Below, piece after piece: positions 52,727 through 64,000 of a stretch of DNA of 64,000 nucleotides. Origin of the DNA: an uncultured Legionellales bacterium (GTDB taxonomy: Bacteria; Pseudomonadota; Gammaproteobacteria; Eutrophobiales; Eutrophobiaceae); the NCBI GenBank assembly GCA_913045195.1, contig CAJWQR010000003.1, positions 187 to 64,186 on the forward strand, written 5' to 3'. How positions within the stretch are numbered: position 1 is the stretch's first letter; each line of letters starts with the position of its first letter. The translations under genes and the position numbers were made by a program. The notes under the pieces were generated by a model. The model saw nothing but the letters and a program-made list of their open reading frames with translations, made no database searches and was not told where the DNA came from.

Positions 52727-53242
52727 ATGCATGATCTTTCTAAATTTAGATTGGGCAGATCTCCTGATGAAATACTAACTATAGAAACTAGGCAGGAAAC
52801 CATTAATTCAGCACTAGAACTTACAAAACAATCAACACATAAACTCACAATTTTTTCTAAAGACCTTGAGCCTTGTGTTTATAACCAACCGGATTTTCTA
52901 GAAGCTCTAAAAAATTTAGCACTTATTGGGCGTCATGTTCAAATTCGTATCTTAGTTTCGAAGATTGAGTCTATTATAAGTGTGGGGCATGGACTACTAA
53001 ATTTAGCATCAAGACTACCTAGCTATATTGAATTACGTAAGATTTCACTGGAATATAAAAACTTCAACAAAGCAATTCTTATTGCAGATGAAATTGGTTA
53101 TCTCTATCGTGAAAATGCTGGCCGCTATGAGGGTAATATTAATTTTAATAGCAGGCGGGAATGCAAAAACTACTTAGATACATTCCAAGAGATGTGGGAA
53201 ACAGCATTACCTGATAAAAATTTACGTAAAATACATTTATGA
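52727..53242 (+). CDS. hypothetical cytoplasmic protein, no recognisable family
   Basis: 171-aa ORF with good coding character and no signal peptide or TM helix. Its stop overlaps the next gene's start by 4 nt (ATGA), so the two are translationally coupled. Confidence 0.5.
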   Translation: MHDLSKFRLGRSPDEILTIETRQETINSALELTKQSTHKLTIFSKDLEPCVYNQPDFLEALKNLALIGRHVQIRILVSKIESIISVGHGLLNLASRLPSYIELRKISLEYKNFNKAILIADEIGYLYRENAGRYEGNINFNSRRECKNYLDTFQEMWETALPDKNLRKIHL

Positions 53243-54102
53243 AAATCTCAACCTTAATTATCCTTTTTTTACTTGTAATAAGTACCTCTCTATCCTTCGC
53301 TGAATCAATGAAAATTGAAATTATTCCCATGAAAAACCGAATGGTCGAGGAAGTTATTCCGATTATTAAACCGCTTATTGTAAAAGGAGGTACGGTAACT
53401 GGAATGAACAATCAATTAATAGTCAAAACAACACTTTCTAATATTCGACTAATAAAATCTATTCTTATACAAATAGATAATGCTCCGCGTAAATTACTGA
53501 TTAGTGTGACAAGAAATAATAATAATAAATTTAATAATGAAGAAGGAGGATTCTCGATAAAATATGATTCGAAGAATATTAATATCACATCTCCCGACAC
53601 AGGTGAAAAGGGCATTGTAGTGCAAAATAAAAATGATAAAGGAGATGTGATTCGTTATAGAAAATCACATGAAGAAACTGAGAGCCAAGAAAATAATATT
53701 TTCTACGTCAATACGCTTGAGGGAAATCCTGCTTTTATTAATACAGGTCAACTAATACCTATTAGAAACCAAACGACTGTTGTTACATCTGGAGCGGTTG
53801 TTGTTCAGGATAATATTGAACATCGTAATGTTAGTTCGGGTTTTTATATTACACCAAAACTACGAGGTGATAATGTAGTGCTTACAGTTTCTCCTCGCTT
53901 TGCGCAACTTAACCAAAACGAAAAGAATACTATAAATGTCCAAAATATCGATACTACAGTGCACGGTAAACTTGGTGAGTGGATATCGATAGGTGGAATT
54001 GACCGAAGTCTTAGAGCCTCAGACAAAAGAAACCTCATTAATAAGGAACAATATAATGAAGAAAAAAGTAGTATTTTGATTAAAGTTGATGAGATTAAAT
54101 AA
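53239..54102 (+). CDS. exported protein with secretin-N (NolW-like) domain and a short secretin-like beta domain (mini-secretin-like)
   Basis: Signal peptide MKISTLIILFLLVISTSLSFA. IPMKNRMVEEVIPIIKPLIV...NNQLIVKTTLSNIRLIKSILIQIDNAPRKLLISV parallels the secretin N3 domain and the N3-to-secretin junction (..LD.PRRQVLIEA..). The later SSGFYITPKLRGDNVVLTVSP...HGKLGEWISIGGI resembles core secretin-domain strands. It lacks N0/N1 and the C-terminal vP.LgdiP.lG.LF motif. Confidence 0.5.
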   Translation: MKISTLIILFLLVISTSLSFAESMKIEIIPMKNRMVEEVIPIIKPLIVKGGTVTGMNNQLIVKTTLSNIRLIKSILIQIDNAPRKLLISVTRNNNNKFNNEEGGFSIKYDSKNINITSPDTGEKGIVVQNKNDKGDVIRYRKSHEETESQENNIFYVNTLEGNPAFINTGQLIPIRNQTTVVTSGAVVVQDNIEHRNVSSGFYITPKLRGDNVVLTVSPRFAQLNQNEKNTINVQNIDTTVHGKLGEWISIGGIDRSLRASDKRNLINKEQYNEEKSSILIKVDEIK

Positions 54103-54177
54103 AAAAATAGTTTTCGCGTGAGGCTGAAAGAACTGATAAAATAATGCTCTTCCTTTATTCAAGAAAAGAAAAAATAA

Positions 54178-57100
54178 ATGTTGATACTGCAAGGTTGTAA
54201 TGCACTATCTAAATTTCGTGTTAATAAATTACTTTCAACAGTACAAGCTTACATACCCGAAATAATTTCACTCCAAACATGCTTTATTCACTTTGTGAAT
54301 GAAAATAAGCCTCTAAATGAAGATGAACAAGCGCAGCTTGAGGTATTATTAAATTCTAGAATAGATGGTGATGTTTCAAAAAACCACAATCAATTAATTG
54401 TCATTCCCAGGCCAGGAACAATTTCTCCATGGTCAAGCAAAGCAAGTAATATTATCCATAATTCTGGTTTAAATAAAATAATACGTGTCGAACGTGGAAT
54501 AATTTATGTATTCGATATATCTAATGGAGAAAATTTAACAAGCGAAAAAATTAAAAAGATAGCTCATTTTCTTCATGACAGAATGACCGAAATTATTATT
54601 GAAAAAAAGAATAAAGCAGAAGAATTATTCTTAACAACTACACCAACTCCACTAGAAAATATTGATGTTTTAAACAAAGGTATAGATGAGCTGAAAAAAG
54701 CAAACTTAAATATGGGTTTAGCTTTATCAGAAGATGAAATATCTTTTTTATTCTTTGCTTTTGAAAAATTAAAAAGAAATCCAACCGATGTAGAGCTAAT
54801 GATGTTTGCGCAAGCCAACTCAGAGCATTGTCGTCATAAAATTTTTAATGCTAAATGGATAATAGATAATATTGAAAAAGAAAACTCTCTGTTTTCTATG
54901 ATTCGTCAGACATATAATGAAAATTCAAAAAATATTCTTTCTGCTTATCATGATAATGCCGCTGTAATGAAAGGTTTTTCTGGTTTACGATTTTTTGTAG
55001 ATCCCAATAAACACGAATATCAGTATAAAAACGAAGCTATTCACTTGCTCATGAAAGTTGAGACGCATAATCATCCGACTGCAATTTCACCTTACTCTGG
55101 TGCTGCAACCGGTTCGGGAGGTGAAATACGAGATGAAGCCGCAACGGGGCAAGGAGCCAAACCAAAAGCTGGTCTAACTGGTTTTGCTGTTTCAAATCTA
55201 AATATTACAGGTTACGAACAACCCTGGGAAAAAGATAACGGAAAACCCGAACGTATTGTTTCTGCGCTCGATATTATGATTCAGGGTCCAATTGGAGCCG
55301 CATCTTATAATAACGAATTTGGTCGTCCTGCTCTTTGCGGTTTTTTTCGCACCTATGAGCAACGTGAATCTAGTTCTCTTGTCTATGGCTATCACAAACC
55401 TATTATGCTTGCTGGTGGATATGGAATGATTTGTGAGTCTCATGTTAAAAAACAAATTATACCAAATGGGGCAAAATTAATTGTACTAGGGGGACCAGCT
55501 ATGTTGATTGGTCTTGGTGGTGGTGCTGCTTCATCAATGGCTTCAGGAATCAGCGATGCTTCACTTGATTTTGCTTCAGTTCAACGAGGTAACGCAGAAA
55601 TGCAACGTCGTTGCCAAGAAGTAATTGATGGATGTTGGTCACTTGGCAATAACAATCCAATTCTTAGTATTCATGATGTTGGTGCGGGAGGCCTTTCAAA
55701 TGCTATGCCAGAACTGGTTAGTGCAAGTAGTCGTGGCGCAAAACTAAAACTTCGTGAAATACCTAATGATGAATTAAGTATGTCGCCAATGGGTATTTGG
55801 TGTAATGAATCTCAAGAACGTTATGTATTAGCGATTACTACTGAAAAAATTGAACAATTTGAACAACTTTGTAAACGAGAACGTGCGCCATATGCGATTA
55901 TTGGTGATGCTACAAAAAATCAGGAATTAATTCTAGACGATTCATATTTTGATAATCAGGCAATTAATATTCCAATGTCCATACTGCTTGGTGAAATGCC
56001 AAAAACAACACAAAATGTTGTTAGTAGATCTGTTTCGCATAAAAATTTTGAAATATCATCATTAAAAATAAAAGAGGTAATTAATCGCATCCTTCGATTA
56101 CCAGCAGTTGCTAGCAAAAGTTTCTTAATTACAATTGGTGATCGCTCTATCTCTGGTTTGGTTGTTCGTGATCAGATGGTAGGCCCTTGGCAAGTACCTG
56201 TTGCTGATTGTGCTATTACCAGCTCGTCATATTACGACTATGTTGGAGAGGCAATGGCAATTGGTGAACGTAGTCCTATTGCCATAATTGATGCCCCTGC
56301 TTCAGGCCGAATGGCGTTATCAGAGGCTATCTTAAATATAACGGCAGCGCGCATTCTCAAAATTGAAGATATTAGTCTTTCTGCAAACTGGATGGCGGCA
56401 TGTGGTGAACCTGGAGAAGATGTAAAATTATATAATACCGTGTCGGCTATCAGCGAGTTATGTAAAGAATTAGGTATCTGTATTCCCGTCGGAAAAGATT
56501 CTCTTTCAATGAGCACTGTATGGTCAGATGAGCAAAAACAAAAAAAAGTAGTAGCGCCTTTATCATTAAACATATCCGCGTTCGCAAAAGTAATCGATGT
56601 TAGGCAATCATTGACACCGCAATTACTAAAAGATGAAAGTTCAGTATTACTATTTATAGATTTGGCCAATGGTAAAAAACGGCTTGGTGGATCAGCTTTG
56701 TGCCAAGTATATGGAAACACAGGTAGTGAAGCTCCGAATCTAGAAGATACAAAAATATTAACTGGATTCTTTCAGTCACTACAGATTCTCAATGAATCAA
56801 GTTTAATAAATGCCTACCACGACCGCTCCGATGGTGGTCTCTTTATTACTTTATGTGAAATGGCATTTGCAGGGCATACCGGAATTAATATCGATCTTAA
56901 TTTATCTGGAGATTTAATTGAGAACTTATTTAATGAAGAATTAGGGGTGATTATACAAATAAACAAAAGTAATGAGGAACATGTAAAAAGAACATTTGTA
57001 CAATCGGGTATAAATGAAAAAATGATCCACACTATAGGATCAATAAATAAAGATTATAAATTTAATCTAAAATTTAATGGTAAAAAAATATTGAACGCTT

Positions 57101-58038
57101 CGATAGCTGAATTCCATAAAAAATGGACAGAAACAAGCTACCAAATACAAGCACTCAGAGACAATCCTGAATGCGCTAAACAAGAGTACGAAAATATTAC
57201 TAATAAAAATGATTCCGGAATTTCTATTAGTACAACTTTTAGGCTTGAAAAAAATACAATATCTATAAACAAAGGTGTCAATCCAAAAATAGCTGTACTT
57301 AGAGAACAAGGAGTAAATGGACAGCTTGAAATGGCTGCTGCTTTTGATCGTGTCGGATTTGATTGTATTGATGTTCACATGCAAGATTTGATAGATAATC
57401 AAATAAAACTTAATTCATTTAATGCTCTAGTTGCTTGCGGAGGTTTCTCCTATGGTGATGTTCTTGGCGCAGGTGGTGGCTGGGCAAAAACCATTCTATA
57501 TAACGATGAACTCAGAAAAATGTTTGAAGATTTCTTTAACCGCAAAGACACATTTGGGCTCGGGGTATGTAATGGCTGTCAAATGATGTCTCAACTCCGT
57601 AATTTGGTGCCTGGCGCATCTTCATGGCCCGACTTTGTAAAAAATTACTCAGAACAATTTGAAGCTAGACTCGTAATGGTAGAAGTGATGGACTCTCCTT
57701 CTGTATTTTTCAAAGACATGGCTGGCTCTCAAATCCCAATTGTAGTCGCTCATGGAGAGGGGCGTATTCTGAAAGCGCCTATGAAAGAACACTCGTATGC
57801 GGTTATGCGTTACATTGATAATAGGGGAAATATGACCGAAAAATACCCACATAACCCTAATGGATCGAAATATGGACTTACTGCTTTTACCAATAAAGAT
57901 GGACGTTTTACAATAATGATGCCGCATCCAGAGCGCGTTTTTTTAACTAAACAATTCTCTTGGTTTCCACAAGAATGGAAAAATGAATATAGTCCTTGGA
58001 TAAAATTATTTCTGAATGCAAGAGAATGGCTAAATTAA
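54178..58038 (+). CDS. purL: phosphoribosylformylglycinamidine synthase (single-chain large PurL)
   Basis: 1286 aa. N-terminus colinear with E. coli PurL ([10 protein letters not shown] ... [13 protein letters not shown]). C-terminal glutaminase domain with the GVCNGCQMM active-site Cys. Confidence 0.95.
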   Translation: MLILQGCNALSKFRVNKLLSTVQAYIPEIISLQTCFIHFVNENKPLNEDEQAQLEVLLNSRIDGDVSKNHNQLIVIPRPGTISPWSSKASNIIHNSGLNKIIRVERGIIYVFDISNGENLTSEKIKKIAHFLHDRMTEIIIEKKNKAEELFLTTTPTPLENIDVLNKGIDELKKANLNMGLALSEDEISFLFFAFEKLKRNPTDVELMMFAQANSEHCRHKIFNAKWIIDNIEKENSLFSMIRQTYNENSKNILSAYHDNAAVMKGFSGLRFFVDPNKHEYQYKNEAIHLLMKVETHNHPTAISPYSGAATGSGGEIRDEAATGQGAKPKAGLTGFAVSNLNITGYEQPWEKDNGKPERIVSALDIMIQGPIGAASYNNEFGRPALCGFFRTYEQRESSSLVYGYHKPIMLAGGYGMICESHVKKQIIPNGAKLIVLGGPAMLIGLGGGAASSMASGISDASLDFASVQRGNAEMQRRCQEVIDGCWSLGNNNPILSIHDVGAGGLSNAMPELVSASSRGAKLKLREIPNDELSMSPMGIWCNESQERYVLAITTEKIEQFEQLCKRERAPYAIIGDATKNQELILDDSYFDNQAINIPMSILLGEMPKTTQNVVSRSVSHKNFEISSLKIKEVINRILRLPAVASKSFLITIGDRSISGLVVRDQMVGPWQVPVADCAITSSSYYDYVGEAMAIGERSPIAIIDAPASGRMALSEAILNITAARILKIEDISLSANWMAACGEPGEDVKLYNTVSAISELCKELGICIPVGKDSLSMSTVWSDEQKQKKVVAPLSLNISAFAKVIDVRQSLTPQLLKDESSVLLFIDLANGKKRLGGSALCQVYGNTGSEAPNLEDTKILTGFFQSLQILNESSLINAYHDRSDGGLFITLCEMAFAGHTGINIDLNLSGDLIENLFNEELGVIIQINKSNEEHVKRTFVQSGINEKMIHTIGSINKDYKFNLKFNGKKILNASIAEFHKKWTETSYQIQALRDNPECAKQEYENITNKNDSGISISTTFRLEKNTISINKGVNPKIAVLREQGVNGQLEMAAAFDRVGFDCIDVHMQDLIDNQIKLNSFNALVACGGFSYGDVLGAGGGWAKTILYNDELRKMFEDFFNRKDTFGLGVCNGCQMMSQLRNLVPGASSWPDFVKNYSEQFEARLVMVEVMDSPSVFFKDMAGSQIPIVVAHGEGRILKAPMKEHSYAVMRYIDNRGNMTEKYPHNPNGSKYGLTAFTNKDGRFTIMMPHPERVFLTKQFSWFPQEWKNEYSPWIKLFLNAREWLN

Positions 58039-58042
58039 TAAA

Positions 58043-58585
58043 ATGAATAAATCATCAAAAATTTCAGATAAAGATAAAAAATTATTTCGAGATACAATAG
58101 GTGATATCGAGAGAATCAAGGATAACAATATTATTATCGATAAACCTAAATCATCATCTTATCCCAAAAGAAATAAAGAAAATGAGCTCGATTTTAGCCA
58201 TACAATAAATGAGAGCGGACTGAATGAAGACTTAGTCGATGGCAATGATGAAATAAAATTTTGCAGCGCCGGTGATAGTGACTCAAAATTTAAACGACTG
58301 CGCCAAGGGAAATACAAAATTGAAGATGAATTAGATTTACATGGCATGAAAATAGAGGAAGCAAGAAAGGAGTTAGCTATGTTTCTTGAGCAATGTAAAC
58401 ATCGAGCAATATTTTGCGTTCTAATTATTCATGGAAAAGGATACGGATCAAAAAACAAATCTCCCGTTATTAAAAATAAACTAAACCAATGGCTAAGACA
58501 TCATGATATGGTTTGGGGGTTTTGCTCAGCACAACCAAGTGATGGAGGCACTGGAGCAATATACCTTTGTTTTAAAAGCAGTTAA
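58043..58585 (+). CDS. smrB: Smr-domain protein (SmrB/YfcN-like endonuclease)
   Basis: LDLHGMKIEEARKELAMFLEQCKHRAIFCVLIIHGKGYGS is the Smr domain. Similar in size and layout to E. coli SmrB. Confidence 0.8.
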   Translation: MNKSSKISDKDKKLFRDTIGDIERIKDNNIIIDKPKSSSYPKRNKENELDFSHTINESGLNEDLVDGNDEIKFCSAGDSDSKFKRLRQGKYKIEDELDLHGMKIEEARKELAMFLEQCKHRAIFCVLIIHGKGYGSKNKSPVIKNKLNQWLRHHDMVWGFCSAQPSDGGTGAIYLCFKSS

Positions 58586-58600
58586 AGTAACCAAAACTAA

Positions 58601-59092
58601 TTAAGCAGAGCATAACAAAACAACGGCATGTGCAGCAATACCTTCACAGCGACCAATAAACCCCATACCTTCGGTTGTTGTTGCTTTGATATTGATAAGT
58701 GAAGCCTTACTATTTAAATCGTTCGCAAGATTTTCTTTCATTGCTGAAATATAATCAGCCATCTTCGGCTCTTGTGCCAAAATACTGATATCTGCATTAC
58801 CTACGGTATAGTTATTCTCTTTCATTAAATTGCAAGTTTGCTTTAACAGAACCCGACTATTGATATCTTTTAATTTCATATCGGTATCTGGAAAATGCAC
58901 GCCAATATCCCCCAAACCCATAGCACCGAATAACGCATCACATAATGCATGTATAACCACATCAGCATCCGAATGGCCATCAAGACCTTTTGAATAAGGA
59001 ATAGTTACGCCACCCAGAATTAAAGGTCTGCCCTCTACAAGGTGATGAGCATCGTATCCATGTCCAATTCGCATTTTACGTTTCTTTCCCAA
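58601..59092 (-). CDS. ispF: 2-C-methyl-D-erythritol 2,4-cyclodiphosphate synthase
   Basis: RIGHGYDAHHL...GHSDADV are the IspF Zn/CDP-binding motifs. Confidence 0.9.
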   Translation of the reverse strand: MGKKRKMRIGHGYDAHHLVEGRPLILGGVTIPYSKGLDGHSDADVVIHALCDALFGAMGLGDIGVHFPDTDMKLKDINSRVLLKQTCNLMKENNYTVGNADISILAQEPKMADYISAMKENLANDLNSKASLINIKATTTEGMGFIGRCEGIAAHAVVLLCSA

Positions 59093-59777
59093 GAAATAAT
59101 TCTAAATGTTTAAGATCGCTTATATGAGTTATTTTAATATTGTCACGATGCCCCTGAATAAGCATAGGTTTATAATTTGATAACTCCATCGCCATTGCCT
59201 CATCTGTTACAGTAATATTTTCATTCATTGTTTTTTCAATTGCAGTTAAAAGTTTTCTATATTTAAACATCTGTGGTGTCTGTGCATGCCAAATAAATTC
59301 TCTGTCGACGGTTTCTTCTATTTCATTTTCTTTATTTGCCTTTTTCATTGTCTCAAAACAGGGTAACGCCAATACTCCACCAACATCATGGCAATTTAGA
59401 ACACTAATAAATTGGTCTATTATTGATTTTGTTATGCAAGGTCTTACAGCGTCATGAACTAGAACCCAATCATTATTATCAACTCTATCTTTCAAACCAC
59501 ATAAACCATTATAAACAGATTCACATCGTTCAGTGCCGCCGATTACTGTTATTATTTTTGCATTTCTCGAAATTGGTAATGTTGGCCAATAATGATCTGA
59601 CTTTGAAATTGCAACGCAAATACTTTCGATATCGTTACGATCAATAAAGTTTTCTATAGTATGTTCAATAATTGTTTTCCCACAAACAGAGATATATTGC
59701 TTGGGTATATCGCTCCCCATACGCTGTCCAATTCCAGCAGCTGGGATTACTACCCAATACCTATTACTTTTTGGCAT
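59076..59777 (-). CDS. ispD: 2-C-methyl-D-erythritol 4-phosphate cytidylyltransferase
   Basis: VIPAAGIGQRMG...PKQY N-terminal motif. It overlaps ispF by 17 nt. Confidence 0.9.
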   Translation of the reverse strand: MPKSNRYWVVIPAAGIGQRMGSDIPKQYISVCGKTIIEHTIENFIDRNDIESICVAISKSDHYWPTLPISRNAKIITVIGGTERCESVYNGLCGLKDRVDNNDWVLVHDAVRPCITKSIIDQFISVLNCHDVGGVLALPCFETMKKANKENEIEETVDREFIWHAQTPQMFKYRKLLTAIEKTMNENITVTDEAMAMELSNYKPMLIQGHRDNIKITHISDLKHLELFLGKET

Positions 59778-59782
59778 ATATC

Positions 59783-60079
59783 TTAATTCGAATTAGATTG
59801 TTGGTCTGCATTATCAATGATTTGATAAAAGGTTTCGCCGTCCTTAATCATTCCCATCTCACTACGCGCAATTTCCTCAATAGCTTCGTGACCCTGCTTA
59901 AGATCAAAGACCTCTGCTGTTAACGAAAGATTACGTTCTTTAAGATTCTCATTCTCATTTTTTACTTTTTCAATTTCGTCTTTAAGAAGATTCACTTCAA
60001 CTAAACTACCATTGCCAGTCCACAAACGATACTGCAATAAAAGTAGTAAAAATACTATTATGACAGTTAGTAATTTCAT
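59783..60079 (-). CDS. ftsB: cell division protein FtsB
   Basis: 98 aa with an N-terminal TM helix, followed by the coiled coil LKDEIEKVKNENENLKERN. eno-ftsB-ispD synteny. Confidence 0.8.
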   Translation of the reverse strand: MKLLTVIIVFLLLLLQYRLWTGNGSLVEVNLLKDEIEKVKNENENLKERNLSLTAEVFDLKQGHEAIEEIARSEMGMIKDGETFYQIIDNADQQSNSN

Positions 60080-60110
60080 TGGCGTATCCTAGTTAAATAA
60101 CGTCACACAC

Positions 60111-61394
<1,284 letters not shown>

Positions 61395-61417
61395 TTATAA
61401 AATCTCCAAACACTAAA

Positions 61418-63890
<2,473 letters not shown>

Positions 63891-64000
63891 TTAAAAAGAG
63901 AAATTTTAGGGGGTAATGATTTGCTCGGCCCAGAAGAGCCGACTTTTCGGGTAAAAAGTATCCTAAATAGTTTCATATTCAGGGATATCAATACTATCAG

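Noticed and set aside
56238-56720. 160-aa minus-strand ORF inside purL, plus several 60-110-aa minus ORFs across purL
   Set aside because: Embedded antisense in a colinear purL with no start context or signature.

Overview
The window is a low-GC (roughly one-third G+C by eye), densely packed gammaproteobacterial chromosome segment made almost entirely of housekeeping genes. Gene order is Pseudomonas/Legionellales-like: pyrG-kdsA-eno-ftsB-ispD-ispF, gyrA-pheA-hisC-tyrA-aroA-cmk-rpsA-ihfB-lapA-lapB-pyrF-mfd, and glyA-nrdR-ribD-ribE-ribBA-ribH-nusB-thiL. The organism guess is inference only. I found no rRNA, tRNA, CRISPR array, transposase, integrase or phage gene. Against this core, five things stand out. 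(1) A two-gene unit with overlapping reading frames sits between purB and purL; it encodes an orphan 171-aa protein and a 287-aa exported protein that looks like a miniature secretin. (2) A five-gene Mrp/Mbh-type antiporter cluster has only the small subunits (E, F, G and a split B) and no antiporter subunits A, C or D. (3) A hopanoid-associated radical SAM gene (hpnH), a GT2 glycosyltransferase, and MlaC-like and MlaA-like lipid-trafficking proteins lie between dxs and rng-yhdP. (4) There is a small membrane protein with three transmembrane helices and a cyclic-nucleotide-binding-like domain (Popeye-like). (5) The left window edge carries a truncated phnW (2-aminoethylphosphonate:pyruvate aminotransferase). 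All functional calls come from reading the translated ORFs against remembered family signatures; no database search was possible.
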